DNA of 64,000 nucleotides from the sequence record NC_047880.1. The stretch is one strand, 5' to 3'. Position numbers and translations under genes: made by a program. The first letter of the stretch is position 1; each line of letters starts with the position of its first letter. Shown here in pieces: positions 19,191 to 27,435 of this stretch. Below the pieces are notes generated by a model. The model searched no databases, had not been told where the DNA came from, and saw only the letters and a program-made list of their open reading frames with translations.

Positions 19191-19255
19191 TATACGCTAA
19201 TTTTTAAACGTATAAACGCGCGGTGTTCCGCTACCTCACTCTAAGGATATTCATT

Positions 19256-20188
19256 ATGTCTTTGATTAAACTCGAAGGCGTTGCATCTACTTCTGCTGTA
19301 TCAAAAGCACAGAAAGATGCGGCTGTCTACATGTTCGGTTCTAAAGGTCACAGCATTGTTGCAGTGCTTGACAAGTTCGCTCGCGCAAAAGAAATTCAGG
19401 CGCCGCACCTTGCTGGTATTCTCGCGCTGATGAAAGATGGTGAAGATGACGAAATCATCAAATTCACATCGTCCGCTGCTGGGAAGAAGTCTATCGTTGC
19501 TGCGAAGCAATTCGCTATTGCAAAAACGTTTACGAACGCAATCAAATACCTGAAACTGATTCGCGTTCCGATGAAGTGGATTCCAGGCCACTCTGATACT
19601 GCGGCTGCACGTATTCAACAAACCGAAACTATTCGTGCAAGCAAACGCGCTTCTACAAAACCTGAGAAGCCTATCAAGCTTGATAACCCTCATGCACCTG
19701 AAGCCGTAGAGCAAGAACAAACCAAAGCGTCTGCCGCTATCAACAAGATTTGGGACCTGTCTAAGTTCAAATCAAATCTTCTTGATTCGTCTTGGTCTGC
19801 GTTGATCACTGCATTCAACACAGAGTTCAAAGGTCGCTATGTGTTGAAACTGAACAAGCGTGAAGGTGCATTCCGCATCAACACTCTCAATGGCGGTTAC
19901 TCTGGTCGTGGTGAAGCATTCCTGTCTGCTGCTTTCGAAAACAATTCGTGGGTAATGTTTGCCAACGACCCTGCGACTAAGAGTGCTGCATTCGATAGTT
20001 GGTACGTCGGTCCTAAACTGACATTCGCAACAATCGTTTCGTATCTGAGCAACGAACTTGCTGGTCCTCATTCCGGTGAGAAGCAAGAGATCGATAAGCT
20101 GATCGCTGGCGCTGTTATCTTCCCGCACAATGATCGCTATTACGATGCGACAGAAGACCAGCCGAAAAAGACTACTGCAAAAAAGTAG
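19256..20188 (+). CDS. hypothetical (possibly virion) protein, 310-aa short form
   Basis: ATG 19256 after AAGGA; ends GCA AAA AAG TAG. Confidence 0.75.
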   Translation: MSLIKLEGVASTSAVSKAQKDAAVYMFGSKGHSIVAVLDKFARAKEIQAPHLAGILALMKDGEDDEIIKFTSSAAGKKSIVAAKQFAIAKTFTNAIKYLKLIRVPMKWIPGHSDTAAARIQQTETIRASKRASTKPEKPIKLDNPHAPEAVEQEQTKASAAINKIWDLSKFKSNLLDSSWSALITAFNTEFKGRYVLKLNKREGAFRINTLNGGYSGRGEAFLSAAFENNSWVMFANDPATKSAAFDSWYVGPKLTFATIVSYLSNELAGPHSGEKQEIDKLIAGAVIFPHNDRYYDATEDQPKKTTAKK

Positions 20189-20244
20189 TTACCAGTGCAC
20201 CTGCTGCATACACTCCTTCTGGGAAAAGCGCAGATACACTGGTA
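20179..20244 (+). other. programmed -1 ribosomal frameshift cassette
   Basis: A AAA AAG at 20179-20185; stem TACCAGTG (20190-20197) / CACTGGTA (20237-20244) with inner CTGC/GCAG helix. Confidence 0.65.
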
Positions 20245-20889
20245 GACGAAATCGCAGAAACTCCTGCCAAGAAAATTGCAGCGAAAGGTCTTCGCGAGAA
20301 AGAAGAATACTTTGCTGCACTAGCTACGGTGCTAGGTCGTAACTTGCCTGCATATCGCGTAGAAGCAACGCACGAAGGTGTGACTGTTACACGTGGCTCG
20401 AAGGTCAACACTGTGCGTCTTGGCGAAAAAGCTTGGACCATTCAGATGGGCATCACTGCTAAATTGAAATCACTCGGCTCCAAGTTTGATATCGTTGATC
20501 TGCTTGGTATGATTGACAAAGGTATCGCCAGCCCAAAGCTTAAAGCCGGAGTTCCCGGCCAAGCAATGCCGATGCCTTACTTTGATGCCGTGAAGAAGAA
20601 CGCGCAAGACGGAACGTATGATACCGTTATCTACATGGAAGCTGATCGAATTTATCCTCTGGCGCTCAAGCGTGAAGGGAATATGTTCACAATGAAAGTT
20701 TCTATGTTCGGCCCTATTCAGCATTTCATCACTCAAGGTATTCAGGAGTGTGGTGCAACGCTGACTGGTGTGACGGGTAGATCATTCACGTTCAATGAAG
20801 ACGATGCCAACGCATTTGAGAAGTGGCTTAAAGCTCAACGTAGACCGAAGACGCTTTCGACCAAATATCTGATGCCACAGGCTTTGTAG
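20179..20889 (+). CDS. -1 frame extension of the 19256 gene (predicted 544-aa fusion)
   Basis: Frame open from 20134 to 20889 with protein-like sequence upstream of GTG 20329; no SD before 20329; A_AAA_AAG at junction. Confidence 0.65.
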   Translation, partial: KKVVTSAPAAYTPSGKSADTLVDEIAETPAKKIAAKGLREKEEYFAALATVLGRNLPAYRVEATHEGVTVTRGSKVNTVRLGEKAWTIQMGITAKLKSLGSKFDIVDLLGMIDKGIASPKLKAGVPGQAMPMPYFDAVKKNAQDGTYDTVIYMEADRIYPLALKREGNMFTMKVSMFGPIQHFITQGIQECGATLTGVTGRSFTFNEDDANAFEKWLKAQRRPKTLSTKYLMPQAL

Positions 20890-20906
20890 TAGCAACTGCT
20901 TGAACC

Positions 20907-20935
20907 AAAAAGGGGTGCCTTCGGGTGCCCCTTTT
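20907..20935 (+). terminator. rho-independent terminator closing the core block
   Basis: AAAAGGGGTGCC-TTCG-GGTGCCCCTTTT. Confidence 0.85.
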
Positions 20936-21010
20936 GCGTCTCTGTATGCCGTTAAAAGCACTAAAAATCGACCTCATATAGCTACATATAATAGACCGCA
21001 CATCTGCTGA

Positions 21011-21068
21011 ACTCTGCATATAATAGGCTAAAATAGCGCTAGATTTGAGGTGCTGAATATGATATACT
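21011..21068 (+). promoter_or_regulatory. sigma70-type early promoter with conserved upstream element
   Basis: ACTCTGCATATAATAGGCTAAAATAG, 26 nt, then TG-a-TATACT. Confidence 0.7.
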
Positions 21069-21115
21069 GAATGCGAGCAATAACGCTCAATACACTGATT
21101 GCCAAGGGGCATACA

Positions 21116-21754
21116 ATGACTACTTATACATCTATCTATGAAATCGCAGAAGCAATCGACGGCGGCCTGAATTCAGAAGAAGTTGCGCAAGCTCTTAACA
21201 TCACAGCGTCTGCACAAGAAATTCTGGTTTGTGGTCTGCAAGAAGACTTCGGTATCTACGTGCCGCTAATCAATGATCAAAACTATCTGATCGCTGACAC
21301 AGACGATTTGTTCTCTGAACATCTGAAAGGTCAAGGCGCTTTCACCGTATGCCGCATCTTCACACCAGAAAATGAAATGTTCGATCAAGAAGAAGTCGAA
21401 GTTGAACAGCTCGGCGAGTTTAATGATTTTGAAACTGCACTCGCAGCATTCGTATCTGCTATCAACACAGCCGCAAATCTGAAAGCAGAATTAGAAGCAT
21501 TTGCCGCACGTATCAATCAACTGCTGCCTGATGATCGCAGTGTTGTGGTTTTCGATGATATCGAAGATGAAGCCGCATACATGATGATCGTCAAAGTAGA
21601 GAACGGCAACGTGGTTGAAGATATCGGCTACAGTATTTCTCACTCGCTTTCAGGCACTGATTGTTCTTACGCTGACGCGGGCGACTACCCGACAATCGAG
21701 CTTGGCAAAACTGATGAAGAAGTTGCGGCCAACATCGCTGCTCTGACATTCTAA
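21116..21754 (+). CDS. acidic hypothetical protein
   Basis: ATG 21116 after AAGGGG. Confidence 0.7.
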   Translation: MTTYTSIYEIAEAIDGGLNSEEVAQALNITASAQEILVCGLQEDFGIYVPLINDQNYLIADTDDLFSEHLKGQGAFTVCRIFTPENEMFDQEEVEVEQLGEFNDFETALAAFVSAINTAANLKAELEAFAARINQLLPDDRSVVVFDDIEDEAAYMMIVKVENGNVVEDIGYSISHSLSGTDCSYADAGDYPTIELGKTDEEVAANIAALTF

Positions 21755-21773
21755 ACTGACACATAGCAGGCAG

Positions 21774-21810
21774 AAATTCTGATTGTATTTGAACTGCTGC
21801 CTGCTATTAT
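21774..21810 (+). promoter_or_regulatory. sigma70-type early promoter
   Basis: TTGTAT, 16 nt, TG-c-TATTAT; shares downstream leader with the 53971 promoter. Confidence 0.55.
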
Positions 21811-21859
21811 ATGATCTCTAGCGCAATGACGCGCTCAACACTGAACGAGAGAAAACAAA

Positions 21860-22111
21860 ATGACAGACAAGAAAGTAGTTATTGATTTAGTCGCTGACGT
21901 TGCATCGCCAACAGAAGTTGTTTTTGAAGATGGCCAGAAATCATCTGAGTGGCTTGCGCCTTACGATCTGCGTTTGAACGTGTCGCAAACTGTAGGACCG
22001 AACGGCTACCCCGAAGTTGAAATCATCGGCGACGATGCTAATCTCATTAAGTTCTTCGACGAGCAAATGCCTAACTCTGAACTTTCAGAAAACGACTTGC
22101 TCGATCTGTAA
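21860..22111 (+). CDS. acidic hypothetical protein
   Basis: 83 aa after promoter. Confidence 0.65.
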   Translation: MTDKKVVIDLVADVASPTEVVFEDGQKSSEWLAPYDLRLNVSQTVGPNGYPEVEIIGDDANLIKFFDEQMPNSELSENDLLDL

Positions 22112-22124
22112 CAGCGCCGTACAC

Positions 22125-22152
22125 AAGAGACGTTACGGCGTCTCTTTTCTTT
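22125..22152 (+). terminator. rho-independent terminator
   Basis: AAGAGACGT-TACG-GCGTCTCTT then TTCTTTT. Confidence 0.75.
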
Positions 22153-22178
22153 TATACTAATTGCCAAGGGGCATACTG

Positions 22179-22835
22179 ATGAACGTTTTAAAAACTGCTG
22201 CTGACTTTGATCGCGCACTACATAACGCCGTTACTCTGAACGACACGACTGAGATTGATCAATTCATCACGTCTATCACAACTGAACTTAATCGTTCAGA
22301 TATCGTTTTGCGTTTTGTTGCAGGCGACGACCCCGCGAATAGCGAGTCTAACATGGACCTTTCGCCTACATACATTTCAGCGGCGCGTGTTGCGAACCCC
22401 GAAGAAGAGTTGCTCACTATCATTCTGCCTACTGCTCATGAAGATTATAAGTGTGATACGATTGATATCGTAGGCACTGACCTGTGCGTGTCTCGCTGTA
22501 AGGCTTACATCAAAATCAACGATACGACAATACAAGAAGTCGCTCGCGTGATAGCGCAGACCATTAAGCGCCGTTCGCCTCTGCTTAAACTGGCTGACGC
22601 TGATCGCTCTATCATTGAGATGTACAGTGCAGGTCTTATCTCGATGACTGAGCTTGTGCTTGACCTTGTATCGCGTGGTATTGGCATTCGTCAAATAACT
22701 ACAGGCACAACTGATGACCCAGCAATCGAAGTCATTGTTCGTCACGGCAAACTCTACTTAGACCTCACACATGATGCAGGCCAAGTCGATGAACACAACT
22801 GGCCTGTGCTGCAATCAGTTGTTGTGCTAATCTAA
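22179..22835 (+). CDS. hypothetical protein
   Basis: ATG 22179 after AAGGGG. Confidence 0.7.
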   Translation: MNVLKTAADFDRALHNAVTLNDTTEIDQFITSITTELNRSDIVLRFVAGDDPANSESNMDLSPTYISAARVANPEEELLTIILPTAHEDYKCDTIDIVGTDLCVSRCKAYIKINDTTIQEVARVIAQTIKRRSPLLKLADADRSIIEMYSAGLISMTELVLDLVSRGIGIRQITTGTTDDPAIEVIVRHGKLYLDLTHDAGQVDEHNWPVLQSVVVLI

Positions 22836-22886
22836 TTCAATTCGCCCTGCTGCGGGGCTTTTATATTTCTGTTTGAGAGAATCGTT

Positions 22887-23414
22887 ATGAAAAATCAATA
22901 CCTCATTATTCGCATGAAAGCCGCTGACCTGTACAACAACAAATTTTTAATGCGCGGCTTTGATCGAAAACGTATCGATCAAGTCATCGGGATCGTTGTC
23001 GTTGTAGCTGATGAACACAGCACTTCCCTGAAAGACAACATGTATCACCTGTCCAGCGTTGGTGTTGAAATGCTAGTTTCTGATACGCAGCAAAAACATG
23101 CGCGACTGTTCTGGAATGACGAAGACCGTCGTGTGATACAAGATGGTAAAACACTTCTGCCTGCGGATTTACGCAAGACGATTGATTCTATGCTGAACAA
23201 TCGTATGTACCATACAGTAGATACTCAAATACCAGAAGCGTTTCGTGAGTGCCACACTGTGTTTGATATTCCAGCAGGCACAGAAATGCGTGAGCGCATA
23301 AATAAACGCTTGCACGATATGCAGAAGAAAGACGTTCTGGATAAATTCACTGTAGAAGAATTATTGCAGCACCTGAAGAAACGTACAGGTGCTAAGATCA
23401 CACTCGAACTGTAA
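22887..23414 (+). CDS. hypothetical protein
   Basis: 175 aa, GAGAG RBS. Confidence 0.7.
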   Translation: MKNQYLIIRMKAADLYNNKFLMRGFDRKRIDQVIGIVVVVADEHSTSLKDNMYHLSSVGVEMLVSDTQQKHARLFWNDEDRRVIQDGKTLLPADLRKTIDSMLNNRMYHTVDTQIPEAFRECHTVFDIPAGTEMRERINKRLHDMQKKDVLDKFTVEELLQHLKKRTGAKITLEL

Positions 23415-23430
23415 ATCAAAACTAACCAAC

Positions 23431-23454
23431 AGCCTTGCGCAAGCGGGGCTTTTC
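23431..23454 (+). terminator. rho-independent terminator
   Basis: AGCCTTGC-GCAA-GCGGGGCT-TTT. Confidence 0.65.
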
Positions 23455-23470
23455 TGATCTGGAGAATGCT

Positions 23471-23740
23471 ATGTACCAATACGATCACGATGAACTGTCT
23501 GTTATGCCTCTCGATGCGCTGTATGGTCTTGCTGAGTCTCGTAACTTGTTGGACGACGATGCTGGCGATGATGATTCAGATGCACCTGATGCGGACCAGT
23601 TGATTGCACTGATTATTCAAGATCAGATCGATCAACAACAGGACGAAGATGACGCGGCAGACAAGCAGCGAGCCGAAGATGATCGCGATCCGCTGATCAA
23701 TCGTCGTGATGGCCAAGACGGCTCTGACGACTACTGCTAA
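23471..23740 (+). CDS. small acidic protein with helix-extension-helix (Rho-N-like) pattern
   Basis: DELSVMPLDALYGLAESRNL...DQLIALII; ATG 23471 after GGAG. Confidence 0.6.
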   Translation: MYQYDHDELSVMPLDALYGLAESRNLLDDDAGDDDSDAPDADQLIALIIQDQIDQQQDEDDAADKQRAEDDRDPLINRRDGQDGSDDYC

Positions 23741-23784
23741 AACGAAGAGACACCAAACGAGTGTTTCAATAACTGGAGAACATC

Positions 23785-24126
23785 ATGGACCGCATGATAA
23801 TCAAAGTAAGCCCTGACGAATTCAACGCTCGTCAGATTCTATTGCCTCACGCTTTACCTTTCACTAAAGAAGAGGCTGTTGTGTTTGTCGTAACGAGCAC
23901 GAACGAGTTTGGTGGTTTGACGTATGAAGACGCATACCTTATCACTAAACTCAAAGTGACTGACAACACAACTCCTGGAGGGCCTGCTCAAACGCTTGAA
24001 ACGCAAGAGTATGGCAAAGTCACATTAGACGAAGCGTGGAAAATTCCACTCTTGCCTAAAGTGTATATCGTTGAGCCTGTACCTGAACGCGATCAGCGTA
24101 TCTACTCGCAGACTGAATTCGTCTAA
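23785..24126 (+). CDS. hypothetical protein
   Basis: 113 aa, GGAG RBS. Confidence 0.65.
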   Translation: MDRMIIKVSPDEFNARQILLPHALPFTKEEAVVFVVTSTNEFGGLTYEDAYLITKLKVTDNTTPGGPAQTLETQEYGKVTLDEAWKIPLLPKVYIVEPVPERDQRIYSQTEFV

Positions 24127-24131
24127 CTATC

Positions 24132-24172
24132 AAGGGCTGCCTAACGGTGGCCCTTTTTCGTTTCTGTAAATA
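24132..24172 (+). terminator. terminator followed by CTGTAAATA motif
   Basis: AAGGGCTGCC-TAAC-GGTGGCCCTT-TTT; motif at 24164-24172. Confidence 0.7.
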
Positions 24173-24202
24173 CTGCTCACGAACAAACAAAAGGTAATCA
24201 CT

Positions 24203-24562
24203 ATGCGCCGCTCTTTCATTGTATTTCTTATCTCTCAAGGCGAACTGAACAACGGTCGCTTCTTTCAACCCAAGATGAAACTTGGCGCAGACCTGCTGGC
24301 TCACATTGATTGTGTGTTGCTCGTCGTGCGTGATACCAAACACGTCTACTGCCCTAAGCAGTTTGAGCACCGTGAAAGCGCAGAGCCTGGAATCTATCAG
24401 GTTGACTTTGAAGACATGCAAGAAGTCACCACGATGATCAATGCTATTCAGGCACTCAAGATGCCTATTGACAGGACTGCACCGATCGAAGAGATTCGCT
24501 ATTTCTTGCGCACACCAGCACAAGACACAGACCCGTCACTTGTAACTTATATCGAGGTATAA
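24203..24562 (+). CDS. hypothetical protein
   Basis: 119 aa, AAGG RBS. Confidence 0.65.
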   Translation: MRRSFIVFLISQGELNNGRFFQPKMKLGADLLAHIDCVLLVVRDTKHVYCPKQFEHRESAEPGIYQVDFEDMQEVTTMINAIQALKMPIDRTAPIEEIRYFLRTPAQDTDPSLVTYIEV

Positions 24563-24832
24563 ATGGCATACGATCCACCTAAGCCGAGAACGAATCTCGG
24601 TGCATCACTGGCAGCACGTTTTGGTGTTACTTCTGCTGAGAAGATTGCGAAGAGAAAAAAGATCTATCCGAAAAACAAAACAGCTTCGTCTGCTGTCACT
24701 ACTCCGATGTATGTTGCACTGACGAAGCTGGCTAATCGTCGTGGTATCTCTGCTGCCCGTCTTATCGAAAGTCTGTTGGAGCGTGAGCTTACCGCAGAGA
24801 ACATTCCTTACATAGGAGTTCAAGACGAATGA
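24563..24832 (+). CDS. ribbon-helix-helix-like DNA-binding protein
   Basis: SSAVTTPMYVALTKLANRRGISAARLIESLLEREL resembles the RHH pattern. Confidence 0.5.
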   Translation: MAYDPPKPRTNLGASLAARFGVTSAEKIAKRKKIYPKNKTASSAVTTPMYVALTKLANRRGISAARLIESLLERELTAENIPYIGVQDE

Positions 24833-25194
24833 GTCTGCATATTTATTGTCGTCTGTATGGCGTACAGCATCGCTTGCGTATCACGGAGCATGATTTCACA
24901 CGCACACCTAAAATGGTCACTGTGTGTAACGCAGACTTCCTCACAATGATGCCTCTTGTTATTGTCGGTGCTGCTTACGACACGTACACGCCGTACAAAA
25001 TTTTGAAAGCAGGTAAAGCTGATTTTAAGATCAGAAGAATTGAACGTGTATCGTCAGACAAGTGGCTTTATGTATTCGAAGATTCACAGGGCAATGCGTT
25101 CCAAACGTATTTGCATAGGAGGATGTATGAAACGTATCGGGACAATCGTAGCACTCGGACTGAAAGACAAACAGCCGAAGTCGTGCGACATTGA
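24829..25194 (+). CDS. hypothetical protein
   Basis: 121 aa, ATGA overlap. Confidence 0.6.
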   Translation: MSLHIYCRLYGVQHRLRITEHDFTRTPKMVTVCNADFLTMMPLVIVGAAYDTYTPYKILKAGKADFKIRRIERVSSDKWLYVFEDSQGNAFQTYLHRRMYETYRDNRSTRTERQTAEVVRH

Positions 25195-25762
25195 TATAAC
25201 GCCTGTGTCGAAAGACGACGAATGGGGCTCGCTGAGTCCCTTTCATTTAGGACCATGCAGAACACCTGACGGTACGATGTTCTATAACATGGAAAACCTC
25301 TGGCAGTACAGCAAAGTGTATGAAGACCATCTGAACAACTCTAACGATATCTTTAGTGGTGAAGTTAGTCCAGACTGGTATGCGTGGCATCTCAAAGGTG
25401 CTATGTCAAAACAGGCGCATCGTTATCCCATGGGTAAAGGCCAAAAGCCGTTATTCAGTCGCTGGGGTAATCTGCGTCTTTCTTACGTTCCAGCGCGAAA
25501 ACAAATCTACGTGCCTGAGTATGCGAAGCTGGTAATTGAACAGAAGAAGTTCAAACAGCTCCTCAAAGAATATAAGAAAGGTGCTAACATCGTTGTGCGT
25601 GACTATGACACATACGATATTCATAAAGCATATCCTGATTCACGCTCCCCGTGGATAAGTGCGATAGAGAATCCTCACAACAAGTTCGGACACTCATTCG
25701 TGATCGCTCTTGCTCTCTTATTTCATGAACGACCTCTCTGGTACAATCAATGGGTTTTATAA
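25127..25762 (+). CDS. DUF6939-like / NADAR-like protein
   Basis: LSPF...ENLWQYSKVY...LSYVPARKQIYVPEY...GHS; ATG 25127 after GGAGG. Confidence 0.5.
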   Translation: MKRIGTIVALGLKDKQPKSCDIDITPVSKDDEWGSLSPFHLGPCRTPDGTMFYNMENLWQYSKVYEDHLNNSNDIFSGEVSPDWYAWHLKGAMSKQAHRYPMGKGQKPLFSRWGNLRLSYVPARKQIYVPEYAKLVIEQKKFKQLLKEYKKGANIVVRDYDTYDIHKAYPDSRSPWISAIENPHNKFGHSFVIALALLFHERPLWYNQWVL

Positions 25763-26124
25763 AAATCAATCGACAAGGTTGTACGCGCATTGTTTTCCTG
25801 ACAAAGAAGTATGCGATCAAGATTCCTACTATAACAACGTGGGAAGGATTCGTTCTCGGCCTGCTGGGAAATATGAATGAGCGCAGGTGGAAAGACTCAC
25901 CTCCTGAATGGTTTATCTGCCCGCTTCTTTATAGCAATCGTTTTGGTCTGTTGAACATAATGCCTCGTTGTAGTCCAGTCAAACATCGAGGTTTGTATCT
26001 CACGGAACTGAAACGTATCTGTGTGCTTTCACCTCTGTCCGATGAATTCTATATGTCAGACGCAAAGCCTCAGAACTATGGAACGTATAAAGGCCGCATG
26101 GTCAAACTTGATTATGGGAGTTAA
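25750..26124 (+). CDS. minimal protein-kinase-like protein
   Basis: GCTRIVF, YAIKIP, NxNE, DAKPQN, KLDYG, then stop. Confidence 0.6.
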   Translation: MGFIKINRQGCTRIVFLTKKYAIKIPTITTWEGFVLGLLGNMNERRWKDSPPEWFICPLLYSNRFGLLNIMPRCSPVKHRGLYLTELKRICVLSPLSDEFYMSDAKPQNYGTYKGRMVKLDYGS

Positions 26125-26127
26125 AGC

Positions 26128-26442
26128 ATGATTCAACCTAAATACGAATGGCGTATGCGCTTCGAAAACCGTGAAGGTAATCTCAACTTACCTGAGTTAC
26201 CTCCTGATATCGAAATCTATATCAAAGACAACCTCACGCTTCAACGCATCCCTGTCTTAGTTAACCGCACAACAATCGTAAGCGTTAACGGTAAGACGTG
26301 TGGTTGTTTACAGTGGCTCGATACTGCTAATCTACTCGTTTGGTCTTCATTTGAGATCTATCGTTTTACGCTGTTTGTCGAACGAGTCACACGCGAAACT
26401 GCATCTGAGACAGCCCTGCAATCTGAACAACTCTGCATATAA
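26128..26442 (+). CDS. hypothetical protein
   Basis: 104 aa, GGGAG RBS. Confidence 0.6.
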   Translation: MIQPKYEWRMRFENREGNLNLPELPPDIEIYIKDNLTLQRIPVLVNRTTIVSVNGKTCGCLQWLDTANLLVWSSFEIYRFTLFVERVTRETASETALQSEQLCI

Positions 26443-26487
26443 TAGGCTAAAATAGCCGTTCACTTCTAGACGCTCCTATGCTATAAT
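26430..26487 (+). promoter_or_regulatory. sigma70-type early promoter with conserved upstream element
   Basis: ACTCTGCATATAATAGGCTAAAATAG; TTCACT, 17 nt, TATAAT with TGn. Confidence 0.75.
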
Positions 26488-26533
26488 AGATTCAAGCAAT
26501 AGTGCTTATAAATCTAACGCTGAGGAGCGTATC

Positions 26534-26977
26534 ATGACTGTATATCACATCTCAACTCTGACTTCCCCAGAAGACTTCCTTGAAGCGCGTTTTGGCCACA
26601 TGGAAAACCTCGTTACTAAAATCAAAGAAGCGTTGAATCGTCCTGATATCGAAGTGTACTTAGATGCGGACGACGGGCAGATGCTCGAAGAAGCAAACAC
26701 AGAAGGTCCAGACCAGAAGATTGACGATAGCCTGATCAACGTTCACATTCGTTATGCAGGTATGTCGTCTGATGAATCGACTGAGAAAGGTGTGTGGGAT
26801 ATTCTGCTGGGCGTTCCTCATGTTGATAACGACATGGGCGACTGGACGAATTCATACACGCTGTTCATTCTCGATGAAGACATGGACGCTCTTGAGGAAG
26901 TTGCGATTGAAAACGGAAATCCTCATATGTTTGAGACTATCGTTGATCGCATTAACTTCTGGTTACCTAAACTGTAA
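26534..26977 (+). CDS. acidic hypothetical protein
   Basis: 147 aa, TGAGGAG RBS. Confidence 0.7.
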   Translation: MTVYHISTLTSPEDFLEARFGHMENLVTKIKEALNRPDIEVYLDADDGQMLEEANTEGPDQKIDDSLINVHIRYAGMSSDESTEKGVWDILLGVPHVDNDMGDWTNSYTLFILDEDMDALEEVAIENGNPHMFETIVDRINFWLPKL

Positions 26978-26979
26978 TT

Positions 26980-27018
26980 GATTTGTGAAGGGCCTTCTCT
27001 GAGGGCTCTTTGAAAATC
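26980..27018 (+). repeat. intergenic palindromic repeat, copy 1
   Basis: GATTTGTGAAGGGC...CTTTGAAAATC forming a near-continuous stem with G-U pairs. Confidence 0.75.
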
Positions 27019-27042
27019 TAACCTAAGCTGAGGAGCTTAACA

Positions 27043-27369
27043 ATGTCATCATCAACTGAAATCACTTTCTCTTTCTCTTCTCTGACTAGCCTTGAAGTTG
27101 TGACAGGCAGTAGTGCTGTTGCCGACTATATGGGCGTGGCTGCGAATCAGAAGAAAACGTTTAGCAACAAAGAAGCGTTGGACCTGATGCAGAACAGCAA
27201 CATCATTAGCGCGTTGTCTCGCTTTGACCAAGCGATTGTCAATCTGCTGATCGATCAGCAAGAGAGCCACGAAGAACAGCGCAAGCATTATGTTGAACTT
27301 GCTCGTGGTATCGATCGTCCTGAAGATGTCCATGCAGGCGTGTATCTGACAATCAGACACTGCCGCTAA
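27043..27369 (+). CDS. hypothetical protein
   Basis: 108 aa, TGAGGAG RBS. Confidence 0.7.
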   Translation: MSSSTEITFSFSSLTSLEVVTGSSAVADYMGVAANQKKTFSNKEALDLMQNSNIISALSRFDQAIVNLLIDQQESHEEQRKHYVELARGIDRPEDVHAGVYLTIRHCR

Positions 27370-27409
27370 GATTTGTGAAGGGCATTCTAGCGAGTGTCCT
27401 TTGAAAATC
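27370..27409 (+). repeat. intergenic palindromic repeat, copy 2
   Basis: Same 14-nt and 11-nt flanks as copy 1, different apical stem. Confidence 0.75.
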
Positions 27410-27435
27410 ACATAACCCGTTCTGAGGAGAACAAC

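Noticed and set aside
20329-20889. Independent 186-aa gene
   Set aside because: No SD before the GTG, and the frame is open and protein-like back to the slippery site; treated as a frameshift extension, though not excluded
20987-20992. Additional TATAAT promoter upstream of 21011
   Set aside because: No TGn extension, -35 or family upstream element at the expected spacing; insufficient support
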